A stretch of 64,000 nt of DNA, from the NCBI GenBank assembly GCA_012295275.1, contig CM022677.1, positions 7,936,001 to 8,000,000 of the forward strand, given 5' to 3'. The position numbers and the translations under genes are program-made. This stretch comes from Chrysomallon squamiferum (Eukaryota; Animalia; Mollusca). How positions within the stretch are numbered: the first letter of the stretch is position 1; each line of letters starts with the position of its first letter. Below, one piece after another: positions 12,670 to 27,387 of this stretch. The notes under the pieces were generated by a model. That model was not told the DNA's origin and did not search any database. It saw only the letters and a list, made by a program, of their open reading frames with translations.

Positions 12670-13030
12670 GGACATTCATGAACACGTATGTCATTTACCT
12701 GTATTAAAATATTAATTCAAAATGTTAATGTTAAAAAACAGAACAAAAAGAATCAAAAATCTAAAATGTGAAAGTATAATACTTGTTATTTTTTATATCA
12801 GAATATTCATGAAAACTTTTATTAAATACCTGTATTACAGTATTAATTCAAAATGTTATTGGTAAAAACAGAAATAAAATAATATAAAATCTAAAATGTG
12901 ATGTTATAGTACTTATTATTTTATATCAGGACATTCATGAAAACTTATATTAATTCAAAATGTTTTTGTTAAAAACAGAACTAAAAGAATCTAAAATCTA
13001 AAATGTAATATTATAGTACTTGTTTTTGTC
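12670..13030 (+). repeat. Degenerate tandem repeat, three units of about 100-130 bp
   Basis: Recurrent attcatgaa...tattaattcaaaatgtt...aaaaacagaa...aaaatctaaaatgt. Confidence 0.8.
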
Positions 13031-13302
13031 AGTCACTGAATGATTCATGAAAGTTTGACATTCATGAATTTTTTCTTTTATTTTAAGACACTTTAAACTT
13101 TATTTAAAATGTTCTAAATGTGACATGACTTTTATATTCAAGTCTGCAGTCAACACTAAATAATTTCTTCATATTATTTAAGTTAAAAAGCTATATAACT
13201 GTAACGTGTGTAGAACTGAATAAAATAATATTATAAAATATATTATTAACTTTTACCTTGGTAACAAAATTTAAAAAACAAACAAATAATAAACACATCA
13301 CC

Positions 13303-13475
13303 AAAACACATGCACACACACTGACACACAAAACACATGCACACACACTGACACACAAAACACATGCACACACACTGACACACAAAACACATGCACACAC
13401 ACTGACACACAAAACACATTCACACACACTGACACACACAAACACATTCACACATCACACTGACACACAAAACAC
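13303..13475 (+). repeat. 27-bp minisatellite (aaaacacatgcacacacactgacacac)
   Basis: About five to six units; 9-aa periodicity in ORF 13258..13488. Confidence 0.9.
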
Positions 13476-13642
13476 CCACCCAAGGTAAAAGTGCTTTACC
13501 ATGTTAACTGTAAAAGTTTAATTTCTTTTAAACACAGATAATAAATTCTTCTCATTTTCCTTCTTTTTTCATTTCTTAATTGTTGATTTTAATTTATTCT
13601 TATTTAGATTTTGTTTTTTACTTTACTTATTTATAATGTTGT

Positions 13643-13673
<31 letters not shown>

Positions 13674-14574
13674 TTTTAGTTTATCCATTTATTTATTTTA
13701 ATTTGTATTGTTATTTTAATTTTCTTGTTCTTATCAAACCAAATTAAAATCATCATTGGTATTGATGTTTCAGAAATGAATTTAAAGAACCTTTTTTATG
13801 AAAAATGAATTGAGAGAAATATTTTTAAAATTTCTTATCTTTTAAGATACATATACTAATTATTAAAGTTATTAATAGCTGTGCTTTGTCATGTTTTAAA
13901 TATCTCATTTCAAACTTTATATAAACCTTATAATTGTTTTATTAAAAAATAAATAAATAAAAAATAGATGATCTGAAAATGATCTATGAAGAGATCTGTG
14001 TTTCCTTTCATGAACTTTTTTCTACAGTACAGTTCAGTTAAGTTATTAACGGAATCAGATTAAAAATATTTTTTCACATGTCTCTTTAAAAACACATTTC
14101 CTCCTTCCATCATAATATTAGTGTTTAATGTAAAAGCAAAAACATATATATACTGTTAAATAAAACATTAATTCCTTCTTTTTCTTGTTAACATATGTTA
14201 CATATTATACTTATTATAATCAATAAGTACTATTATAATGTTTGTTATTGTTGCTATTATTATTACTACTACTATTATTGTTGTCATTAATTATTATTAT
14301 TTAATTTATTATATTCATCATTATCATTATTATACACATTAATTATACAGACAGAGACAGGTAGGTGAATGTAGAGGTAGCTGTACAGACAGACAGAAAC
14401 AATATAAAATAGTTTTAAAATTTAAATGAAATAATGACATAAGAATTTTATTTTAATCACATAAATATGTTATTGGAGTTTTGTTTGATTACACTGGACT
14501 ATGTAGAAGTAGATTTTAAATATCACAACATTCTTTAAAATAATTACTTTACAGAATAACATAATAGTTTAGGG

Positions 14575-14577
<3 letters not shown>

Positions 14578-14652
<75 letters not shown>
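14578..14652. repeat. (TG)n microsatellite
   Basis: Direct reading. Confidence 0.98.
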
Positions 14653-14659
<7 letters not shown>

Positions 14660-15159
14660 CAAGAGAGACAGAGAGAGAGAAATAACAAATCACACACACA
14701 CATAGATTGACAGCAGCATATGCATGTAGATGATGGATAGATAAACAGAACTGACAATGAGATGTGTAGAGGATGGTGTGCTTTGTTGTGTTGAGACAGA
14801 AAGGATGATAGAAATATGTACAAATGTATAACTGTAGAGATGCTCATGTAGACAGGCAGGTTTATGGAAAAAGATTTTTATTGGACTTTGATGTAAAGAA
14901 TTGTAAAAAGAAATTACCTTGAAAGACTGAGTATATTGAAATATCTTTAGTATTCTTGGCTTTTAGGAATTATTTTACTATTAATATGTCATTGATAATC
15001 CAAACAAACAGCTTTCTGTCCACTGCTCTATCCCTATGTTCATTCATAATAATGTTATCTCCAGAATGTCCTTATGTTCTTTCTCATACACATATGCCTA
15101 TCAGCTTAGCTCTCTATATATCTCTGTATCTGTCTGTATGTCTGTTATCTTATGTCTTC

Positions 15160-15570
15160 CTCTCTGTCAGTCTATCTCACTAATTATATACCCTTCTCAT
15201 TATACACATCTCTCTGTATGTCTGTGTCTGTTAGTCTATCTCACTAATTATATACCCTTCTCATTATACACATCTCTCTGTATGTCTGGCTCTGTGTCTG
15301 TCAGTCTATCTCACTAATTATATACCCTTCTCATTATACACATCTCTCTGTATGTCTGTGTCTGTGTCTGTCAGTCTATCTCACTAATTATATACTCTTC
15401 TCATTACACACATCTCTCTGTATGTCTGGCTCTGTGTCTGTCAGTCTATCTCACTAATTATATACCCTTCTCTTTATACACATCTCTCTGTATGTCTGGC
15501 TCTGTGTCTGTCAGTCTATCTCACTAATTATATACCTTCTCATTATACACATTTCTCTGTATGTCTGTGT
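15160..15570 (+). repeat. About 70-bp minisatellite (tctgtcagtctatctcactaattatatacccttctcattatacacatctctctgtatg...)
   Basis: About six units with 70-bp spacing (15298 to 15368). Confidence 0.92.
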
Positions 15571-16043
15571 TTATCAAACTTCTAGTCTATCTTTTCATTT
15601 ATCTCTCAGATATACATACACACTCTTGCACACACATTATACATATAGACCCATTTTCTCTCAGTAATAAGAAATCACATATTCACACACATACATACAT
15701 ATCATATCTAACACTTAGCTAGATGAATGTGACAGTGTAGGATGGAGACAGGCAAATACAGAAGGATGAAATTGTCTTTGTTGTCCCAGTATTGGTCAGT
15801 TGTATTGGACAATATTTTAATTTTTGAAACATTTTCACTTTGATGTGAACACTGTCAGTGTATATTAACAGACAGTCACATTTTGATCAATTGTTCTCAT
15901 TTGCAATCATTTAAACATAATCTTTTTCAAACAACAGGCTTATCTTGATTTTTTATCACTTTATCCTATACACACAATGCACTGCTTCTAAGTTAGTTCT
16001 CAGTAGTCATGAATTTCATTATGGTGTTTATGGTCATTTTATT

Positions 16044-16108
<65 letters not shown>

Positions 16109-16696
16109 AGTGTGTGTGTGTGTGTGTGTGTGTGCAGAAAATACCTGTGTCCATCTGAACTGCAGTTTCTCAGAAATGTGCTGGTTTTTTTTTATTGAAA
16201 CAGTCTCTCCTCCACTGATCCAGTCTGATTATTTATATAAAAAAAAAAATAAAATAAATAAAATTAAAAATAAAATTAAAAAATAAATAAATAAATAAAT
16301 AAATAAATAAATACATACAATGATAGTGACAGGCCAGGAGTTGGTTCATTTAGCTTGGAAACAGGATATTTGAGCAAAACACAAAGGGTGTTTAATAAAC
16401 AAGTGTTTAGCAGGTTGATAATAACTAGCCTGATATAGACACAAAATACACAAATAGTTGCATATATAACTGTAATACACATTCACATACTTGCACTCAT
16501 GCAGACAAATATACACAAACACTCATATACCACCATGTTTTAGAATAGTCATGTATATTCAAATCACACCAGCAATAACATGTATACATACATGATACAT
16601 GATATATATATATATAAAATATTCAAACACAAACACATACATGTAACTTTATCTTATGTCTGAAACCAGTTTTATACTTTTATATCAATATAAATA

Positions 16697-16736
<40 letters not shown>

Positions 16737-17141
16737 ACACGAAGACACTGGATGTGTAAAAAACATAGATGAATGAAAGGATAAATGAACAGAGACACAT
16801 AATAAAATATTACACTAATGACTTTTATTCTCAGATGATCTCTACAGACTACAAACTAATCAGTGTTTCAGTGTAAACTAACACTGCATGTCTCTCTGTA
16901 CACCAACTTAAACTACTAAGTCAAAGTTTACCATTCTACCTCTAGTTATCAATATAACATTACCTCAAACCTTTAATATTCTTAATACAAAAAGGCTTTT
17001 AATCTGGAAACACTTTTAGTATCTTTTCAATTTATACTGCACTTCTCCTAGTCAAAGAGTGTTATTAATACTACTACTACTACTACTAATAATAATAATA
17101 ATAGTAATAATAATTATAATATAATAATAATTGCAATAACA

Positions 17142-17176
<35 letters not shown>

Positions 17177-20093
17177 TGCAATAATAACAGTAGTAATAAT
17201 AATAATAATAATAATCAAAGAAGTACATTGAATTATTTTTATTGTCTTTTTCTATTCATTAAAATGAAATTTGAACTACCAAGTAAAAACAACACACATG
17301 AAACACAAACACACAGAGACACACGCACACACAGAACATACACAGACACACACACATGCACTTAGTTTAATTTACTATACATTCCTTTGCTTATCCTGTT
17401 CACATATTTTCACTACACAGGGCTTTCCTAAGAGTGCATCAAGGTGTTTAACTAGCAATTTTAAAGATTTCTGCTAAATGGATTCTTTTAAGGATGGTAA
17501 TGACGTGGAAATCCTGGAGTTTATTTATTTATTCTAGATACTGCCTATAAAATTGAACAAAACTGCATTTCCTAAAGTATTTGTTCCTTCAGTGTACTTA
17601 TAAATACATCTAATGTATTTATCATGTATACATTTCTGTTTAAATATCACAGATGAAATTTAAACTATCTTGAGTTTGATTTTTGTTCAGGTCAGTCTGC
17701 AACAAAAACGAAATAAAGAAGAATAAAATGTAAAATATTTTGAAATTTATTTTATTCAAGAAATTAATAAGGAAAGCAGATAGTTCCAACTGAATCAAAC
17801 CAAAATAACATAAAACAGTCTCATTGGTCCTGATGAAGAAAAAAAACAAAAAAAACAAAAAAAACTTAAAACAAAATTAAAATCATATATTTAGAAATCA
17901 TTTTTATGAATAAACAAATAAATAAATAAAATTAAAATAAACAACTAAAACAGAGTTCTCACTATGTGATAAATTACTTGTAGCTAGAAATAACCAAACT
18001 ATAAATCTGTTACATATAAAATCACTTTCAGCAAAAGAAATGCTTAATTTTTAGTCTCCTTAATTTCACAATGTTTACTATTGACTTTGCTTTTTCTAAA
18101 TAACACTTTAAAGTTTTACAAGTCTGAAACCACCAATGAATGTAAAATACAAAGTGAATCAAAATGTAACGAAAGTTTAAAAGTATGAACTAATCTTTTT
18201 GGAAGGGGGGTTGTTACAACAACTCTTTTTCCAAAACAACATCATTTCTGTGGAAAAAATCTACAAAGAAGATAATTTTATTTCTTTATAAATACAAATA
18301 TCAAAAATGAGGCTTATTTTAAGAAAAAAAATGTTATGTTTCACACATCACCATAAAATGCAAACTTATACTAATATATATATAAAAAAACAATGGTAAA
18401 CTGTACACATCAGGGACTAGTAATAAAAAAATAAAAAATACTATAAGAAAAATCTATTTTGTATACATAAAAAAATTTCTGTTTAAAATATTCAAACTGT
18501 ATCACTCCCCCACACACACACATACACACACACACACGAACTCCCACACAAATAACTGTTTAACATTATGTTAAAACTAGATTTTTAAAAAAAAGAAAGA
18601 AAAATCATATTAAAAATAATTATTTTATTTTACAAACATAGCCACACAGAAAAACATCACTCATGAAAATCTATTTTGATTTCATCTTTTTTAAAATATC
18701 CCAACAACCTCATGAATGGTTACAAATTAATGCTGCATGTATTATTAAGCAGTTTTCTTATCTGAATGTAAGTTTTAATAATTAAAATAAACTATATTCT
18801 AAACTTTCAAGTAATATATAATTTGTTTTATTATTTTCAATTATACAACTATTATATATCATTATGGAGGATTATAATGAATTTTTCTAAATCACTTTTA
18901 TAACATATATAAACAGATAATTATTCAAAATATTTATTAAGTAAAAAAGAAACAAACCTATCTTTTTCATGCACTATATAAAATTTAGTATTGGCACATT
19001 GTGTTATTTTCAGTAACTTATATTTTATATATATATATATTGGGTTTTTTACATGTACATATGTCTGGTTTAGACAAGTGTCCTCTGTACCCAGTTTCAT
19101 GTGATAAATAGTAAAAAGTATACAATTACTATACCCTATTATAAACTAATAAATATTTCTCAAGCAAAATATATAAACAAAGCTAGTGAACATAAAAAGC
19201 AAGATACTTTTATAAAATAAAAAAATGCCCTGTTTACAATGCTCTGCTTACAAAAACAAAAATAATAATAATAATTAAAAAATAAATAAATAGAGGCAAT
19301 TATAAAAAAAGAAAAAGAAAAAAAACAACAAGTCACATAAAACAGAACCAGAATAGAATTTATTTCTAAATTAAAAATGGTGACATCAGCATGTAGTTTC
19401 TTCCAAACTGAACTTTGTAAAATAAATTATCACAATTGTCTGTGTGTGTGTGTTAAAAATATACACTTAAAGCTTCCACGATTAATAGATACAAAAATAA
19501 AACAAATGTCTGTCATGGAAATAGTGACTCCACAGGTTATGAATTAAATTAAATAAAGTCCTGTAGGAAATACTAGGAAAATGAAATAATGTTTGATTAA
19601 AGGCACTAAACAGAATGCTCAGTATGAAATATAATAATTAGTAATTCAGAGGTTTGTATACAGTTGAACTTGCATAATCAATGATTCTTATGTATTTATA
19701 TTTTTATTTTTAACTTTAGGTAAATGTATATGAGAGAGAGTTATATTTTGACATAAGGAAAACAAAGAATAGTAAAAAAAAAATCTAGTATGTGCACAAA
19801 ACCAAACACTTTTATAATATTATTTTCAGTATAATTTAAAATATTTATATATAAATATAGTTTATTAACAAAACCAAGAATTTAGTGTTTAATATACACA
19901 TCATTACAAACAAATTATATGATCAACATCTATTGTAGCAGATAGATCTCATTAGACAATCTACTGATATATACTGTAAGCTCAAAATATTCGGACTCTC
20001 TTTTTGCAATGGATTCTCAAAACCTTTATGAAAATAGCAGATACTCCAGGAAGAGGGAAACAAGGATCCTGTATCACATACATGGTGAAGAAA

Positions 20094-20629
20094 CTCTTAC
20101 CTTATTAAATTATCAGTTTCAGCAGATGAAGTGATTTTAAAAGACTTTAAGAACGCGAGATCCCTTCAAATTGCTACTTTGTGTACGAACGCCAGTCGCA
20201 CTGTCTTCAAAAAAAAAAAAAAAAAAAAAAAAAAAATGAAACGTCGGTCCCGATTCAAATGTTGTTCCACAAAAACGTTTTGCCTCAGCAGGACCAGTTA
20301 TGAGCGATTTATTTTCTCTTCTTTTCTTTTTATTGCAAATAATCAATTTTATTGGCCTAATTCAAACAAACATTCACATTTTAATATTTTGAACACGACG
20401 TCAGGTGCCACGAAGCATTAGTTTAACCATCTGACTCGTAGATGTATTTATTGAATTACTTATTGAATTATTAATTTAAAAACAGAATAACTTAAATATT
20501 ATTTTCTAAAGAGATACTTTATTTTTTTATTGTCTTATTATCTTTGCTAACAATAAACATTTTGAGCTGATATTATTATTGTAAAAATATAGTCTAATCA
20601 CATTTTATATTTCTGTTTTACTTGTTCAT

Positions 20630-20704
<75 letters not shown>

Positions 20705-21393
20705 CTTTCAAAAAAACAACAACATAAAATTCTATGACTATCTGTTTTAGTAATTTTTCTTGTTAATTGAAATATCATATTTATTTCTGGCAGCTGAGTT
20801 TTACTACCAGATTTTGAATATACACTTGTTATTCAGATGTTATAATTACAAATTTTAATATTTTTTAAACTAAATATAATTTTTTTCTATTTCTGTTGTT
20901 GCCTCGTTATTCATTATTTAAGATAAATTTAAGTTTTAAGATACATTTTAATGAACTGTTACGAATGCAATAAACATCTCTTCTAAAAACTTTGAACACA
21001 TTTGTGTTTCAGTGTGATAGAAGAATCTTCCACTTGTAAATGTCCCTTGCTGTGTCTTTTGTATCTTAAGCCTGGGAACTGCGGAATTAATTATCACTAG
21101 AGGGTTCCTGTTTTGCAGAATTATCTGGCGACAGACGTCTAGCGGCAAGGTTCAACACGTTGTCAAATAACGCGAGTCCCTTTTCTTTCTTATAAAAGCC
21201 CGGATATTTTTATGTTAAGGATACGACAGACACGCCCGCTGACCTGTCAGAAAGCGTGCCTGTCGCAGACGTGCCTCACAGCAACTCGCTCTGATTAGCA
21301 AGTTAAATTTTTCCATTTCCATTTGTTCAGGAAGAGCGAGTTGTGTTTTCTTTACAAACGAAATTACTGTTCGGGATAGCAGTTGAAAATACG

Positions 21394-21395
<2 letters not shown>
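20094..21395. promoter_or_regulatory. CpG-retaining promoter-like region with a minus-strand splice donor (AG/gtaagag at 20100) and TATAAAA at about 21191
   Basis: Abrupt appearance of many CpGs after kilobases nearly devoid of CG; consensus donor site. Confidence 0.4.
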
Positions 21396-21484
<89 letters not shown>

Positions 21485-22853
21485 TTTGCTATCTTTTATT
21501 GCTATTTTTTCTTTTTCATAATTTAAAAAAAAACACCCAAAAAAACACATTAATTTCTCTCTTATATTGGTCTGTACTATTTTAAAGCATCATCTGTTTC
21601 CAGACAAACGTCCTTTGTCCCATTAGTATCACTAATTATAAATATATTCTGTGATGTAGATAATAAAATATAATATTAATTTTCTACGTAAACAACATAA
21701 ATAGCGCAATCGGAATTAAATTGCGTCTTATAAAAATGTATAGTGTAAGTAGCAGTATTCTAAGTTATTCGTATAAAAAGTGTTTGTGTTATAAAAGAAA
21801 CGGGATATCTCAAGTTGGAAGTACGATCATCAATGTTAAAATAAAAAAGATATAGAAAACGTTTTTTCATTTATTCTCAAGTTATCAGAATAGTTTATAG
21901 TTGAGTGTGTTAGGCCCTATTAACATGAGCGCAGTGCATACTTCAGTTTTCATTAATAACTCTTAACATTATTTATTCATTAATATTAATATCGAAGTCG
22001 ATTTTGTATTTGTGATTATACATTGCGGTTCCGTAAATAAGAGATTCTCGTGTAATTAATATAACGCGGATAACGGAATATCACATTAAACTTTTCGTCT
22101 ATGTTTAATAATTCTCAAATTTATTGAGTAAAAGTACGCTGTATATTTCTCCAAATTCAGGTATTGTCCATGAGTAAATATCATTTTAATCTATAGTGAT
22201 TATTTTAATGATCATGTTAGTCTTTAATGTAATGAAATGTCTTTTGTGATTCTCCTATGAAATTAAAGGATAAGCTTACAGTTGCTATTATTATATTCAG
22301 TGGTGCAGCTATTAGAAAGAAATATCATTGATAACAATATTGTAAATTGTTTTCACTATAAACTGTTTTGACGATATTAAAGTTCTACAACTCTGTATGC
22401 GTAACCCGTGACGCGTGTTTTTCTCACTGTGTCCAGTTTATTCTACAAACAGTTTCTACTGACAGAAAAGAAACAAAGTAAATTCCTCTCTGAATTTCTC
22501 GTTATCTGTGTAAAAACCTGAAATGCTCATCACATTAAAAACTGATAATTATTTTTGAGGAGTTATTATTATTATTATTTTTATTTATTATTATTTTTTT
22601 TCATTTGTTTTAGTTTTTCTTCAATTTTTTAATTAATTATTATTTTTTATGATTCTAATAATATATTATTCGTTTACACTGAGAGGAATCGTATAAACTG
22701 ACTTACATAAATTTTGTTATTGTTTTAATTCGAGACGAATTTAGTGTATTTTTTAAATAAGTAAGAACGTAAATAAGTAAGAACGTAAATAAGTAAGTAT
22801 ATAAATAAATAAATAAATAAATAAGCATGAGAAACTATGTTTAATAATTAATT

Positions 22854-23117
22854 ATTCTGGTATCGGACGCATTCACTAGAGAGGTGGAGACACTTTTGAC
22901 ACTCTGGGAATGCCGTGTAGGAGAATCCCATCTAAATATTGCCGAATGCATGGACCATCCCAAGTTCAATCCGTTTAAAGAATTTGATTTGTTCTGGCGA
23001 AGCAACGAAGATTTGCGAGCTGAGCTATACGCACTTCGAAAGCCGCCAAAACGCTACTACGAGCTTCTGAGAAAGAACAATGAGTTGTACAATATTCTCA
23101 CAGATTTATTGTATTAG
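22854..23117 (+). other. Orphan coding-like open frame (about 87 aa, no ATG start), unknown family
   Basis: GC- and CpG-richer than flanks; natural-looking peptide ...LLTLWECRVGESHLNIAECMDHPKFNPFKEFDLFWRSNEDLRAELYALRKPPKRYYELLRKNNELYNILTDLLY*. Confidence 0.4.
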
Positions 23118-24005
23118 AAAAAACAACAGCTTTGATCTCTCTGTCAGTCTCCTTTCCTTAGCTTCTTCTACAATAGAAAACAGACTTTACTCTCTGTAAA
23201 ATTACTGATTGTGTTATATTTCTTTTTACTTTTTTTCTGTTGGATACGATTTTATTTCTAAACTCACTGCTCCAGGGAGCATTAATTTCATTGTACCTTA
23301 ACATCAAAACATTATTTATTTATAAATGCAATATTGTTTATTTATTTATTTATTATTTTATTTCTTGCTTTATTTCTTTAGTTACTACAATTTAAAAAAA
23401 GAAAAGAAATTATGTTAACGTCATATACATGCTGTACCACTTTTCAGTTTAAACTATATAAAAAGCCACTACTAAACATATTCTTTCATTATTTGTATCT
23501 ATATGTATATACACATACATACACACATATAAACACATGCCTGCATACATACCCAAACACATACAAAAATACACACATACACACACAAATACATAAACAA
23601 ACACTCACACAAACATACACTGGCTCATGGTATATTTGTGATCCATATGGTACCGAAACATTATTTATTTATTTTTATATTTTTAAAAAATTATTTATTT
23701 ATAGTTGCATTTTCTGTTTTCTTTTTTCTTTTTTTCCTTTTTTTTCTCATTTACAAAACACATACAGTGTTCAACAAAAATATTTTGTATTTGTAAATAT
23801 TTTGAAAAAAATATTGTTCATAGTCTTTAAAAAAAAACAAAATAAAAATAAAAATAAAATAAAAATGTCTAATCACTTGTAAATAAAAGAAAATTGTTGT
23901 TTTTCCTATCTTTTGTGTTTGTTTTAACATATCACAGTTTTGGTGTGGTTAGAACAGGAAATTATGTCAGAGAAAAATGAAAAGAAATGATACAGCTCTG
24001 CTCAC

Positions 24006-24692
24006 TATTATTATAATTATCATCTGCAGGCTACTTACTATTATTGTAATTATCATCTACAGGCTACTTACTATTATTATAATTATCATCTACAGGCTAC
24101 TTACTATTATTGTAATTATCATCTGCAGGCTACTTACTATTATTATAATTATCATCTACAGGCTACTTACTATTATTGTAATTATCATCTGCAGGCTACT
24201 TACTATTATTATAATTATCATCTGCAGGCTACTTACTATTATTGTAATTATCATCTGCAGGCTACTTACTATTATTGTAATTATCATCTGCAGGCTACTT
24301 ACTATTATTGTAATTATCATCTACAGGCTACTTACTATTATTGTAATTATCATCTGCAGGCTACTTACTATTATTGTAATTATCATCTGCAGGCTACTTA
24401 CTATTATTATAATTATCATCTGCAGGCTACTACTACTATTATTGTAATTATCATCTACAGGCTACTTACTATTATTGTAATTATCATCTGCAGGCTACTT
24501 ACTATTATTATTGTAATTATCATCTACAGGCTACTTACTATTATTGTAATTATCATCTACAGGCTACTTACTATTATTGTAATTATCATCTGCAGGCTAC
24601 TTACTATTATTATAATTATCATCTACAGGCTACTTACTATTATTGTAATTATCATCTACAGGCTACTTACTATTATTGTAATTATCATCTAC
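24006..24692 (+). repeat. 33-bp minisatellite (ttattgtaattatcatctgcaggctacttacta), about 21 units
   Basis: Near-perfect units with two variant positions; gives the 11-aa periodic ORF 23977..24447. Confidence 0.97.
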
Positions 24693-25329
24693 TAACTCTC
24701 ATTTTTATTATAATTATCTGTTCACACACACTTGATAAATAACTGGTTTCTAAATTCTGGTTTGTAAAAAAACTGGCATTTTGCAGATTATATACTTTAA
24801 AACATTTTTTTAGAAAAATATAAAAATAATTAAGAAATAATACATTTAAATAAATAAATAAAATTAACATTAAAAAGTCTAAATATTGGTCATGCTTCTG
24901 CAGGGCATGTGCACATCTGTATATAAAAAACAATCATATACATGTTCTGTATTTTGTGTAAACACATCAGAACCTTAACACTACAAATGTTTTAATAACT
25001 AACCTGACTGTCAAGACCACTCTGTATTACAAACAAAACCTTACATAATCAGCAATATGTTAGTAACCACAGTATTGAAAACACTGTGATACATCATGCT
25101 ACTCAGTGATAAATAATAATGACAATTCTTACATACAATCTCAGAGAAAAGCTAACTCTTCTGTTTCTGTTAAGTCACACTGTGCACTGGCTATAACTGA
25201 AATTCATTCACAGATAAAGCACTGAGGATTTGTAATGCTACATAATATACATTTATCTAAGAAAACAAGTAAACTGTAATCTGTCTCTTAAAATAAAACA
25301 GCTGAAAAAACATTTCTTCATTGTGGGCC

Positions 25330-26500
25330 AGTGATAAGTGTCTGTCTATGTTTCAATGTTTGCATGAGTGTATATGTACTTGTGTAAGTCTGTATGCATG
25401 TTTATTTGTGTATTTGAGTTTGTATGTATTTTTATATGTATGTATGCATGTGTATCTGTGTATGTTTATATTATATGCATTTGAGTGTGCATATATTTGT
25501 GTAAATCTGTATCTGCATGTATCTGTGTGCTTATTATGTCTGCATGACTGTATGTATCTCTGCTTGTTTGCATGTATGTGTATCTGTGTATGTTTGTATT
25601 GTATGTTTAAGTATGTATGTATGTTTGTATGTTTGTATGTCTGTATGTATGTGTAGATGTTTGTATTATGTGTGTAAAAGTATGAATGTATTTGTGTATC
25701 TGTGTGTTTGTATTTTGTGTGTTGTTTGTGTGAATTAATTTAGTCAAATTATCTAGTGATCATGAATATGTTTCTGAATGTGTGTAGTTTATCTTTTAGA
25801 ATGTTTGTATATATGTGCAGATGTATGTATGTGTCTGTATTAGTGTATATATGTATAAGTATGGATTATGTGTACTTGTATCTAAGGATGTATGTATGAA
25901 TACTTCTGCTTGTATTACTGAGTGTAAGTTTGGATGTAATTAATGCCAAATAAATTATTGGTTCAGAAAACATTATCTGAACACCAAAAACAAATCTGAT
26001 AATAAAGACAATTTATCTAGAACTACTATGTGTGCTTTATGTTGTTTTTTACCTGCTGAAATTAAATAGCAATAAAAATTGAATAAAATACTTATTTATA
26101 ATTAATTATCTTAACTTTTTTTTTTAAATAATTATTTACTAATTTAAAATCAAACACTCACATTAAAATAGAAAAACATATTCCATAAATATACACAATA
26201 AAACTCATAATTCATCATAAACTAACACACCCATATATGCACATACACATGTATACATATGCATACATATACAAAAAAATCCGTACAAACAGATACAAAC
26301 ACACACACTCACACAGAAACACATACACACACAGACACTCAGACTTACACATATATAGACACACATACACCATACAAATACAGACAAATTCACACACACA
26401 CACATACAAACTCATATACAAGACACATACACACTCACACACACATACAGAGAAACACACACACACACTTACGTACATACATATAACATGCACCATAAAA
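25330..26500. repeat. Degenerate TG/TGTA-rich tract (25330-25900) and oppositely oriented CA-rich tract (26220-26500)
   Basis: Low-complexity composition. Confidence 0.75.
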
Positions 26501-26601
26501 ACTCACTCTTACACATCATACAAAGATAATTATGTAGAAACAAAATGACACACAGTGCTATAAAGATATAAGAGGTATATAAAAATATCACTTGTTTCTA
26601 G

Positions 26602-26828
26602 GTAAAAAGATGATGGAGGTAGAGCATGTGCCAGTGATAGAAGTAGAAAACACCAGTAACACAGTCAGTGAAAACACCAGTAACACAGTCAGTGAAAACA
26701 CAGTTCAGTCAGAAGCTAGCTTAAAGAGAACAGCAGCATAAAGTGGTGATGAAACAACTACAGCAACAACAGCAGATGTGAAGAAAACAGAATCAAGCAC
26801 ATTTCTGAAAATAAGAGAGAAGACAAAA
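26602..26828 (+). pseudogene. Isolated pseudo-exon (low-complexity S/T/E/K peptide) with a 24-bp internal duplication and in-frame stop
   Basis: ttgtttctag acceptor and gtaaac donor; KKMMEVEHVPVIEVENTSNTVSENTSNTVSEN...AA*SGDETT. Confidence 0.4.
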
Positions 26829-27224
26829 GTAAACACTATGACAAACAATAATAATAACAATAATAATCATAATAATAATATAATACTAACAATAAATAAC
26901 AACAATAACAATAACAACAATAATTAATAAATAAAGAAATAAAGAAATAAAGTATCTATAACTTGTCTACTGATGTATTTCTTAATTTTACTTTTTTTAC
27001 AAAAACAGTAATATTGTTCTCATGTTTTGTTTTAATTTCATCATGTCGTTTTTAATGCACAGAAAAGGTGAACATAAAAAATAATTAAGGTGACAGCTAT
27101 TTTCATATAAAATTTATTTTGGTACTTTATTAAATCAGAATTTAAACTGTTTTCACTAAAACAATAATATCCATTTCAAGATGTTGTATTTTGATTTTGT
27201 CTTTGTAAATATACAAAAAAGACT

Positions 27225-27292
<68 letters not shown>

Positions 27293-27333
27293 TTACCTAA
27301 TTCAAATAAGAAGTATATATATAAATAATGATT

Positions 27334-27387
<54 letters not shown>

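Noticed and set aside
23977-24447. 156-aa hydrophobic ORF
   Set aside because: Pure translation of the 33-bp minisatellite.
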